Position numbers and translations under genes: made by a program. Below, in pieces: positions 18,868 through 29,330 of a DNA stretch of 38,762 nucleotides. The stretch's first letter is position 1; each line of letters starts with the position of its first letter. Under the pieces are notes generated by a model, which was not told the origin of the DNA, ran no database searches, and was given only the letters and a program-made list of their open reading frames with translations. Origin of the DNA: Acidobacteriota bacterium (lineage in GTDB: Bacteria; Acidobacteriota; Blastocatellia; Pyrinomonadales; Pyrinomonadaceae); assembly GCA_031362765.1 (NCBI GenBank), contig JANLTD010000877.1, positions 1 through 38,762 of the forward strand, in the 5' to 3' direction.

Positions 18868-20448
18868 ATGAAAAATCTTTTACTTATTGCCTTAATGGCG
18901 ATGACCGCTTTCTTACCCTTTTCCTTAATGCCTGCGCCCGTTGCGGCTCAGGAAATAAAACAGGAAAAACTAACCAACAAGGATCTGGTTGAAATGTCGA
19001 AATCGGGTCTGCCCGAAACGATCATTTTAGCCAAAATTAAATCCTCCGGCGGGAACTTTGATACTTCGCCCGCGGCGCTTCAGGAGCTTAAAAAGGAAGG
19101 CGTCTCCGACACGATAATTATAGCGCTCCTGCAGCCGGATGAACCGAAAAAGGGGCGCATGAGGGACGAATTAACTACCAGCTTTAATCGTTTGAAAACA
19201 AGCGTCGTTACTGTCTGGAGCGAGTTTGGACACGGAACCGGCTTTATCATTGATAAAGATGGATTGATCCTGACCAATCAGCATGTGGTCGGTCCAAGTG
19301 AATATATTGCCGTCCAATTTGACGAGAAAAGAAAAGTGCGGGCAACTCTGCTGGCAGCGAGCGCGGAAAAGGATGTCGCGGTTCTGTGGGCAAATTTAGA
19401 AGGACTGCCCGAGGCAACCGTGGCGGTGATTGCCAAAACCGATGCTGAGGAACCTGCGGTAACTGAAGGCGAGAGGGTTTTCACGATCGGCAGTCCGCTA
19501 AATCAAAAGAAGATCATCACGACCGGCATTGCCAGCAAGATCGAAGAAAAAGCCATAATCTCGGACATCAACATCAATCATGGAAATTCCGGCGGCGCCC
19601 TTTTTAATTCGATCGGCGAGGTCGTCGGCATCACAACCTTCGGGGATCTCTCCATCTCCGGCGGTCCGGGCGTGTCTGGTATTATCCGCATCGAGCAGGC
19701 ATTTCCAATTATTGAGGAAGCTCGAATGAAAATGGCGACCGTCCAGAAACCGCCGGCAAAACTTCTTTTAGTTGATCCGACCGACACCTTTCCGATCGAA
19801 GCCATTAAAGAAATTGCCGCCGCTAAAAAATTCGATACGTCCCGTTATATATTGGGCATCGGGGATTTTACGGTGACCTTCATGACGCCGACTCTCAAAT
19901 ACCGTTTGGAAACCGAAGCCGAACGCGAAGCCGCCAAAACGCGGGGCAAACGCAACAAAAAGGAGGGTGCAGTGCAGGGAACCTTTCGCCCGTTCGAGGA
20001 TATCCGCGGCTGGCGCGAATACGTCGGCGACTATAAACCGATTTTGCTCATCCGGGCGACTCCTCTTCTGGGGGAATCTTTCTGGGGAGCTTTCGGACGC
20101 GGCGTCGCGGCAAACTACGGCATTCGCGTGCCGGCGAAACTGCGCTTTAAAACGGATTTTTATAAAATGCGTTTAATCTGCGGAGAACGAGAAGTTGAAC
20201 CGATCCATCCGGCAAAGATCGCTCATATTTTAAGCGAAAGCAACTATCTGATCTCGGTTAAGGACGCAACTTATGAAGGTTTTTACTCGTATCCTGCTGA
20301 CGCAATAAACGAGCAATGCGGCAAAGTGACGATTGAGCTCTTTTCTGAGAAAAATCCGACGGAAGCTAAAATCAAAGTACTGGATGAGAAAACCGTCACC
20401 AAGATAGCTGGCGATTTTGCTCCTTATCTTGATTCCCGTCCAAAATAA
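18868..20448 (+). CDS. Secreted trypsin-like (S1/HtrA-type) serine protease
   Basis: Signal peptide MKNLLLIALMAMTAFLPFSLMPAPVAAQE. His box GTGFIIDKDGLILTNQHVV, Asp region EKDVAVLW, Ser box INHGNSGGALFN. Confidence 0.8.
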   Translation: MKNLLLIALMAMTAFLPFSLMPAPVAAQEIKQEKLTNKDLVEMSKSGLPETIILAKIKSSGGNFDTSPAALQELKKEGVSDTIIIALLQPDEPKKGRMRDELTTSFNRLKTSVVTVWSEFGHGTGFIIDKDGLILTNQHVVGPSEYIAVQFDEKRKVRATLLAASAEKDVAVLWANLEGLPEATVAVIAKTDAEEPAVTEGERVFTIGSPLNQKKIITTGIASKIEEKAIISDININHGNSGGALFNSIGEVVGITTFGDLSISGGPGVSGIIRIEQAFPIIEEARMKMATVQKPPAKLLLVDPTDTFPIEAIKEIAAAKKFDTSRYILGIGDFTVTFMTPTLKYRLETEAEREAAKTRGKRNKKEGAVQGTFRPFEDIRGWREYVGDYKPILLIRATPLLGESFWGAFGRGVAANYGIRVPAKLRFKTDFYKMRLICGEREVEPIHPAKIAHILSESNYLISVKDATYEGFYSYPADAINEQCGKVTIELFSEKNPTEAKIKVLDEKTVTKIAGDFAPYLDSRPK

Positions 20449-20471
20449 ATTAGCGGATAAGATTGTCCGGT

Positions 20472-20509
20472 GTGCTGTGCCCGCTAATTTGAAAATGCGG
20501 GCGCAGCAC
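20472..20509 (+). terminator. Stem-loop after the protease gene (no clear U-tract)
   Basis: 13-bp stem gtgctgtgcccgc / gcgggcgcagcac (one G-U pair) with a 12-nt loop. Confidence 0.35.
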
Positions 20510-20587
20510 AAAACAACAATTTGAACGGCATAAAAGTGATTGGTTTCAGAGATTAAATTTAATATGTTGTAAACTGAAGCAATTTGT

Positions 20588-21919
20588 ATGAATGACAAAA
20601 AACCGAAAACATTTACGTTTATTAACAATAAACAGTTGGTTCAAATTATCGAAGCTGCGAAAAAACATATTATTTATGCGGCGCCGAGCGTTTCAAAAAC
20701 GGTAGCCGAATCGCTTTGTAAATTTAAGGAGAGCGATCAATCGGTGACGCTGCGCGTTATTGTTGATGCCGATCCGGAGGTTTTTCGTCTCGGGTTTGGT
20801 GAGCAAAGCGGAGTCGAACTTCTTGCAGATAAGGCGGTTGACGTTCGCCGCGCGCCGGGCTTGCGCGTCGCTGTTTTGCTTGTCGATGATAAGGCTTGGG
20901 TTTATTCGCCAACGCCGGAAATCATTCTCGAGCAGCCCGGTGCCGCCATTTCCAACGCCGTACAAGTCAACGTCGAATTTGCAAAACAAATTCTTTTTTC
21001 AATCGCACCGGACTTGAGCATGAGCGCGGATGAAGACGTTTTAGATGAAGCGCTGTTGACAAAAGGCTTTTCGCCGGAAATTGCCGAACCAAATTCAACG
21101 GTTAAAAGCGTTCTGGACGAAAGTTATTTGACTGACGATTTAACGCCCGAAATCGGCACAGAACCCTTAACAGACGAGGATTTAAAAACAATTAAAGTTG
21201 AACTCGAGGAAAGCCCTCCGCAAAAGTTTGACCAGAAACGACGTGTACGGGTCTATCAGGGTTATTTTCAATTCGTTGAGTTGAGTTTTTCGGGTTGCCG
21301 GATGACCAGCAAAACAATTACTTTGCCGAAATATCTGCTGAACGTCGCGGACCCGGAACTTCGGGACCGGGTGAAAACAACCTGCCGCGTTTTGGGCGAG
21401 GAAAGCGGTTTGACGACGCAAATTAAAATGTTTGAGGAAACCGTCAAAGATCTGCGCGCAGATTGCTTAAAACCTCTGGGCGAGCCCTACGGCTCGGTAA
21501 TTCTTCGCAGCCGGCGCGCAGAATTTGATGGAAAGCTGGAAAATATAAAAGCCGAATTGACCGAATTGAGAAAAACGATTAAACAAGATTTGGAAGCGGA
21601 AATCGAAGCGAGCCGAAAAAGCCTGCTTGAGATGCTGCTGCCGGGATTGATGAAAAATCCGCCGCCGCAAATTTCAAGAGCCGGGCGCGAATTGGACGAA
21701 GAATTTCTGAAAAAATATCTCGATTTTGAACTCGGAAAACAAATGCCGCGCCCCGAACAGTTAATCAGCAATATGAATCTCTCATGCGTTTACAAAGACG
21801 TTACTTTTGAGATGCTGAACGGGGACGAGTTTATCAAAGCGATAAAGAAAAACTACGCGGATAAGAATTTCGACAAACTTTTTGCGGAAGAAGTAACCAT
21901 CGGAGAAAGAGAAACGTAG
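20588..21919 (+). CDS. Hypothetical protein: N-terminal PLD-like fold with degenerate HKD motif, C-terminal coiled-coil region
   Basis: The layout ...AKKHIIYAAPSVS...LRVIVDAD...VDVRRAPGLRVAVLLVDDKAWVYSPT parallels PLD/Nuc repeats. The position of HxK is occupied by RVA. Confidence 0.35.
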   Translation: MNDKKPKTFTFINNKQLVQIIEAAKKHIIYAAPSVSKTVAESLCKFKESDQSVTLRVIVDADPEVFRLGFGEQSGVELLADKAVDVRRAPGLRVAVLLVDDKAWVYSPTPEIILEQPGAAISNAVQVNVEFAKQILFSIAPDLSMSADEDVLDEALLTKGFSPEIAEPNSTVKSVLDESYLTDDLTPEIGTEPLTDEDLKTIKVELEESPPQKFDQKRRVRVYQGYFQFVELSFSGCRMTSKTITLPKYLLNVADPELRDRVKTTCRVLGEESGLTTQIKMFEETVKDLRADCLKPLGEPYGSVILRSRRAEFDGKLENIKAELTELRKTIKQDLEAEIEASRKSLLEMLLPGLMKNPPPQISRAGRELDEEFLKKYLDFELGKQMPRPEQLISNMNLSCVYKDVTFEMLNGDEFIKAIKKNYADKNFDKLFAEEVTIGERET

Positions 21920-22038
21920 GCGAAAAAGCCGAAAAAGCCGGAAGATGATTCGGACAATTTTTTGATAAAAGGCATTTTTGAGCATTATCCGGGACATTTA
22001 AAATCAAAGAGCATATTACACAACAAGGACGAACTAAA

Positions 22039-22494
22039 ATGACGAAAAATAAAAACGAAAGGGCGACAATCGAAGACTCGATTGCAATTGCCGCCGAAGC
22101 TCATAAAGGCGTAAAGGACAAAGCCGGCGCCGCGTATATTCTCCATCCCCTCAGAATGATGATGCGCCTTAAAACGGAAGCCGAGATGATCACGGCAATT
22201 CTGCACGACGTGGTCGAAGATACAGGCTGGACAATTGAAAAATTGCGCGCTCAAGGTTTTTCCGAAGAAGTGCTTGAAGCTGTCGACTGCGTAACGAACA
22301 AGGAAGGCGAAAGCTACGAGAAATTTATCGAGCGCGCAGGCAGAAATCCGATTGCCCGCCGCGTGAAAATCGCCGACCTCGAAGATAATATGAACATTCA
22401 GCGAATCGGCGAGTTAAAGCCGAAGGATTTGGAGCGATTGGAGAAATATCATCGCTCGTGGCGCATTCTTACGGCAGATAATTGTGCCGAGTAA
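22039..22494 (+). CDS. HD-domain hydrolase of the RelA/SpoT (small alarmone hydrolase) type
   Basis: AAEAHKGVKDKAGAAYILHPLRMM and AILHDVVEDT are the SpoT-hydrolase HD signatures. Stand-alone at 151 aa. Confidence 0.75.
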   Translation: MTKNKNERATIEDSIAIAAEAHKGVKDKAGAAYILHPLRMMMRLKTEAEMITAILHDVVEDTGWTIEKLRAQGFSEEVLEAVDCVTNKEGESYEKFIERAGRNPIARRVKIADLEDNMNIQRIGELKPKDLERLEKYHRSWRILTADNCAE

Positions 22495-22515
22495 TTTAAG
22501 GAGGTGTAAAACGTT

Positions 22516-23331
22516 ATGGCAATGCCGGGTAATTTGGTATTAGTTCGCCACGGGCATTCGGAAGGCAATCTGGTTTCCGATAAAGCAAAGCAGGGCGACG
22601 ACAGTTTTTACACGCCCGATTTCAGAGAGCGTCCCGGTCATCGTTGGCGATTAACAAACGACGGCACGAAGCAGGCTCGAACAGCCGGAGAATGGATACT
22701 TGAAAATATCCTGCGAAAGTTTGACAGATATTATGTATCGCCGTATGTCCGAACGAGAGAGACGGCAGCGCTGCTTAATTTGCCCGATGCAGAATGGCGC
22801 GTTGACCAGCGGCTCAGAGAGCGCGATTGGGGCGATATCGGTTCAATGCCCAAAAATGAATTTCACACTCATTACCCGCGCAGCGCTTCGATGAAGAAAA
22901 TTGACGCGCTATACTGGCGGCCGCCGGGCGGCGAATCCATCGCCGATGTGCGTTTAAGAGTTCGGAATTTGTTTGATACCCTGCACCGTGAATGTGCCGG
23001 ACAATCCGTTTTGCTTGTCACGCACGGCGAATTTATGTGGGCGGCGCGGGCTGAATTAGAATATATGACCGATGAACAATGGGTTCTTTCAGATAATGAT
23101 CCGGCTCAAAAGATACATAATACGCAAGTTATTCACTACACGCGAAATCACCCGGAAACCGGAGAGACCGGAAAATATATTGCCTGGCAAAAAAGCGTTT
23201 GCCCCTGGAAGGAAAGCATGGAAGCGAAATGGCTGCCGATCGAGCGCAAAAGATTTTCCAACGAAGACTTGCTCGAGCAGGCGAATCAAATAGAACCTAT
23301 TTCTTCATTGCGGAAAATTTTATCCCCATAA
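22516..23331 (+). CDS. Histidine phosphatase (phosphoglycerate-mutase-like) family protein
   Basis: RHG motif LVLVRHGHSEGN, RERDWGD, and second His box LLVTHGEFM. SD aaggagg lies upstream. Confidence 0.8.
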   Translation: MAMPGNLVLVRHGHSEGNLVSDKAKQGDDSFYTPDFRERPGHRWRLTNDGTKQARTAGEWILENILRKFDRYYVSPYVRTRETAALLNLPDAEWRVDQRLRERDWGDIGSMPKNEFHTHYPRSASMKKIDALYWRPPGGESIADVRLRVRNLFDTLHRECAGQSVLLVTHGEFMWAARAELEYMTDEQWVLSDNDPAQKIHNTQVIHYTRNHPETGETGKYIAWQKSVCPWKESMEAKWLPIERKRFSNEDLLEQANQIEPISSLRKILSP

Positions 23332-23332
23332 G

Positions 23333-24577
23333 ATGAACATTAAAACACTGCAATGGAACATCGGCGGCGGACGGGTTTGCAAAGAAGGCGCGGACTATAC
23401 GCTTCCTCCTGCTTACACGGAAAACGGGCTTGATTCAATCATTGAATTTCTTAAACGCGAACAGCCGGACATTTTAACACTTCAGGAGACCCATGAATCA
23501 AAAGGCGGCTGCCAAACACAAATAATTGCCGAAGCACTCAACCTTTCATATTGGACGAATGATTCTTACGATGAATCCTTTATTGAAAAAGGACAGCGAA
23601 TCGGTCAGGCGGTTATTTCAAAATACCCTATCGTAGAGAAACGGTTCGCTTTGTTTACCAATCCCGAATTTAGTTTTATTGATGATGATGGTAATAAAAT
23701 TACCTCAAAGAACGGGGGACTGACCGAATGCGTTATAGAACTGCCTGACAAGAATCTCTTACAGATAGAAACTTTTCATATGATGCCATTTCATTTTTTC
23801 GCGGTTGATTTAGATTCCGAGCAAGCCCTGAAGGTATTAAGAGAAGTTCAAAGTTTAATCGGTAAAGCCCAAATACCTACCATTGTGCAGGCAGATTTTA
23901 ATTTAAATTGTCCCGGCATTCGACAGTTTTTTGCCGAAACATTCGCTGCCGGAATGCGCGAAGTAATTCAGCAAAATCCGACTACTCCGAAAGGAAAAAG
24001 ATTAGATCATATTCTTTACGCCGGAATAAAACATTTAAAAAGCGAAGTGGTCAAAGATGTAAGAACAGATCACTACCCCATAATCTCAATGTTTCAAATT
24101 GAAGACTTTGAGGACAAAGAAACCCAACCGGCCCATTTTATTCGTGCGGAATCGGAATATGACCCAAAGGCAACGATTGGTCAGCCGCCTATCGACGACA
24201 CTGTAATAAGTGCCGAATCTTTGGGCATCGACACGATTAATGAGGATACCTGGAAATTTTTCGACAAAAAGGCATTCGGCGAATCGCCAAATGCGAAGTT
24301 GGTTCTCGTCTCAAAACTAATTCAAGCCAAAGTTCACGCCCCAGACCCAGATGTGCTCAACGGCAATAAACCACATCCCGTGTTTAAAGCGTACTCATAC
24401 TTTTTAATTTTAAGCGGTAGGTACAAAAACCCACTTGTAATGCCCCGTAAACCAATTACCGTGGCAGCCAACCCGGACGGCACATACAACATTGTTGACG
24501 GCTCAGCTACAGTGCAGGCGGCAATATTTGTTGGCTGGAAGTATGTTCCGGTCATTGTGATGGACAAAGTTTTGTGA
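23333..24577 (+). CDS. Endonuclease/exonuclease/phosphatase (EEP) domain fused to a C-terminal ParB/Srx-like domain
   Basis: EEP motifs: TLQWNIGGG, DILTLQE, VQADFN, LDHILYAG, TDHYPI. C-terminal PITVAANPDGTYNIVDGSATVQAAIFVGWKYVPVIVMD resembles the ParB-N/sulfiredoxin core with the DGxHR motif degraded. Starts 1 nt after the upstream stop. Confidence 0.7.
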   Translation: MNIKTLQWNIGGGRVCKEGADYTLPPAYTENGLDSIIEFLKREQPDILTLQETHESKGGCQTQIIAEALNLSYWTNDSYDESFIEKGQRIGQAVISKYPIVEKRFALFTNPEFSFIDDDGNKITSKNGGLTECVIELPDKNLLQIETFHMMPFHFFAVDLDSEQALKVLREVQSLIGKAQIPTIVQADFNLNCPGIRQFFAETFAAGMREVIQQNPTTPKGKRLDHILYAGIKHLKSEVVKDVRTDHYPIISMFQIEDFEDKETQPAHFIRAESEYDPKATIGQPPIDDTVISAESLGIDTINEDTWKFFDKKAFGESPNAKLVLVSKLIQAKVHAPDPDVLNGNKPHPVFKAYSYFLILSGRYKNPLVMPRKPITVAANPDGTYNIVDGSATVQAAIFVGWKYVPVIVMDKVL

Positions 24578-24662
24578 AGGAAAATCAGAATTAATAAAAA
24601 TTGTTATTTAACGGCTAATAAACCAGAAATTTACACTGAATTATGAAATCGCATTAAAATTT

Positions 24663-25485
24663 ATGGAAAAGTTAATTAAAAATGCTCAGCTTTTCAAACT
24701 TTCGCAATCAGACATTGATGCTGCCGAAAAGGAACGATTGCAATTCATTGAACCCTTTCCAAAAGAAAGCATTAAAATACTTAAAATAGAAGATTACGTT
24801 AAGGTAAAATCGAGGGACACTTTTACCTACTGGCTGGAACACAAACGAATTTTATTCGGTATCGGTGGGGGCAATGCTTCAAAGTTCGGCATTTATATGG
24901 CAAAAGACGGTAATTATTACACCGGATCCGGCACTAAAAAGAAAATTCATCAAGGCGATGAGTTAGAGCGGACATTTTCATCAATAAGAAAAGGAATTGT
25001 CGATACCTTCGATTTAACCGAACAAAACAGAATTTATGAAATAATCGACATTAATATTCCGGTTTGGAATCTGACATCAGGACACTTTCTTGTAATACCT
25101 TGTATTGTTTGAGTTTATTCAACCGACACAATCAATTTCAGCAATTTCTTGGCTTGTTTTAACTGAATAATCGGGTATAAGATTAAAGACGGTAGGTCAA
25201 ACTAACAATTAACTTGTTTTTTGCGCTAATTTGCCAAACCAAATTTCTCCAGTTTTCAATCTTGCTTATTATAAGCCTAATGTGCAGAATACTTTACAAG
25301 AAAGTGTCCTGACTTCAGGGTTTGGAATATGGTTCTGCAAAAGATACTTTCCAACTATTTCCCCCAGAAATTCATAAACATCAAAACGGTTCGATTCAGA
25401 ATTCATCGCCGGGACTTACAACATCACCGAAGCCAATCTCCACAACTGGCTCAAAAAAAACAGGCTCAAGCGAAAAGACTTCTAA
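24663..25485 (+). pseudogene. Small gene of unknown function, interrupted by a MITE (possibly also frameshifted)
   Basis: ORF 24663-25112 terminates inside the MITE. Removing 25071-25328 (MITE plus one TSD copy, 258 nt, in frame) joins ...DINIPVWN to MVLQKILSNYFPQKFINI... A different frame (25378-25485, ...FDSEFIAGTYNITEANLHNWLKKNRLKRKDF*) looks more protein-like near the end. The segment FTYWLEHKRILFGIGGGNASKFGIY loosely recalls N-terminal domains of McrB-like ATPases. Confidence 0.45.
25071..25318. mobile_element. MITE-1: 248-bp non-autonomous element with 25-bp TIRs and a 10-bp target-site duplication
   Basis: TIR-L is ctgacatcaggacactttcttgtaa (25071-25095). TIR-R is ttacaagaaagtgtcctgacttcag (25294-25318); 23/25 positions are complementary. 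Identical ggtttggaat flanks both ends (25061-25070 and 25319-25328). There is no ORF inside. Confidence 0.8.
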
Positions 25486-25509
25486 ATTCTATGATACATT
25501 TTTACCCTT

Positions 25510-27890
<2,381 letters not shown>

Positions 27891-28064
27891 TGGAGACTTT
27901 TAACCAACGAATAATATGAGTGTTTTTGATGAAATTGTAAAAATACAGGAAATTTCACAAAAAACCTTGCTTCATAAATCAATTCTGAACCGTTTTTTTG
28001 ATAAAGGCTTATCCTACTATTCCTTGATTTTGAGTTTTTTGAAGAAAATTGCACAAAAATAGAA

Positions 28065-29066
28065 TTATGTTTTCAAAGCGTCCCGGATTGATTTTGAATG
28101 TTTGTCTTTTTTAACCGCGAGTCTTTGGACATAAATTTGCGTCGTTTTAATATTGCTGTGTCCCAAAGCCTCTTGCGTTTCCGCCATTGATTCTGAATAT
28201 TCCGAAACAATTTTTGCAAAAGTGTGCCGTAGCCGGTGAATGTGAAAATGCTTGATGTCGGCTTCGATAGCGTAAGCTTCCATCCGGCGGGCAAATCCGT
28301 GAGACGTCAAGCCTTTCTTTTTAGTTGAGCCGGCTCCCTTATCGTGCCGCAGCCAAAGAGGTTCATCTTCGCCGAACATTTCCGTTCGACCGGTCGCTTC
28401 CAGATATTCAAACAAAGCGTTTTTGGTGGTTTCGTCATCCAGTTCAAAATTGAGGAAAAAACCGCCTTTGACCTTTGCCTTGATAAAAAATCTACCTTCT
28501 TTGATCTCGATACTATTGCCGCGAAGCCCGATGATCTCGGCGCGTCGCCGTCCGGTCGCGACATAAAATTGTAAGATCGCCAAATCGCGCAGATGCACCG
28601 GCTTTTTACCCATCGCATGACACGCAACAATTTCCAACAATTTTCCTAATTCTTCACGCGATAAAGCCTTGACGCTTTCCGATTGAAAGGGTTTCGCGGC
28701 TTTCGGCAGCGAAACTTTCGCCGGATTGATCGGAATAAGGCGCATCATTCCGACTTCATTTCGCAAATATTCAAAAAACTGGGAAAGTGCCGAAATCCGG
28801 TTATAAACGGTGCCATCCGCAAGTCCTTCGGTTTTCAGACTCCAGCGCCATTCTTCAACGTCGCCCGGCAAAACCCGTTCGGCGCTTTTGCCGCAAAAAT
28901 CAAAAAAATCAAAAACGGCTTTACTTTTATCATTGCGAATATCGTTGCTTCGTTTAAGAGATGAATTAACCGTTCGGGTCAACCAACTCTCAACGACCGC
29001 ATTAACATCAAGCGAAACTGTAAAATTTTCAGAGTTTGGAATTTGGAGTTCTTCAGAAGTTTTCAC
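28065..29066 (-). CDS. Tyrosine recombinase / phage-type integrase
   Basis: Catalytic residues lie in ATGRRRAEI, HIHRLRHTFA and LGHSNIKTTQIYV. N-terminal SAM-like core-binding domain. Confidence 0.9.
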   Translation of the reverse strand: MKTSEELQIPNSENFTVSLDVNAVVESWLTRTVNSSLKRSNDIRNDKSKAVFDFFDFCGKSAERVLPGDVEEWRWSLKTEGLADGTVYNRISALSQFFEYLRNEVGMMRLIPINPAKVSLPKAAKPFQSESVKALSREELGKLLEIVACHAMGKKPVHLRDLAILQFYVATGRRRAEIIGLRGNSIEIKEGRFFIKAKVKGGFFLNFELDDETTKNALFEYLEATGRTEMFGEDEPLWLRHDKGAGSTKKKGLTSHGFARRMEAYAIEADIKHFHIHRLRHTFAKIVSEYSESMAETQEALGHSNIKTTQIYVQRLAVKKDKHSKSIRDALKT

Positions 29067-29100
29067 AAAGTGATTTTAGATCAGTTTTACTCAAAAATCA

Positions 29101-29131
29101 AGGTTACACATTTGGCAGAAATGTGTAACCT
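29101..29131 (-). terminator. Perfect 13-bp inverted repeat (possible terminator of the CBASS cassette or an int operator)
   Basis: aggttacacattt-ggcag-aaatgtgtaacct. On the minus strand it is followed by cttgattttt. It lies 35 nt upstream of the integrase start. Confidence 0.4.
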
Positions 29132-29164
29132 TGGCATAAATTGATTGGGTCGTTACAAGTTTTT

Positions 29165-29240
29165 GTCAATTTACCCATTAGCAATCATCGTGGAACCATA
29201 AGCTGTCACTGAATAACCCATAAGTTGTCATTGTGAAAAT
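29165..29240. repeat. IR-L: cluster of three direct ~15-bp motifs (consensus ACCCATAAGCTGTCA) at 21-22-bp spacing
   Basis: Copies at 29173-29187 (acccattagcaatca), 29194-29208 (aaccataagctgtca) and 29216-29230 (acccataagttgtca). The reverse complement aligns with 34506-34610. Confidence 0.7.
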
Positions 29241-29330
29241 TTTCTTAATTTTCAATAATCATTTTACAGGGTTTCACTAAGGTCAGTAGTAATTTCTAAT
29301 AGCTGAAGAATGGCTGCTTGAAGATCTTCC

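Noticed and set aside
21922-21945. Short tandem cgaaaaagc x2 just after the 20588-21919 stop. Also scanned the whole window for CRISPR-like regularly spaced repeats.
   Set aside because: Only two 9-bp units. No array of repeats of 24 bp or longer with unique spacers exists anywhere in the window.
27891-28064. Searched for a tRNA/tmRNA gene or an obvious att direct repeat next to the integrases (27891-28064, 29067-29330, 34093-34862, 38552-38762).
   Set aside because: No cloverleaf-compatible sequence or long direct repeat was recognised by eye, so the island boundaries cannot be assigned from this window.
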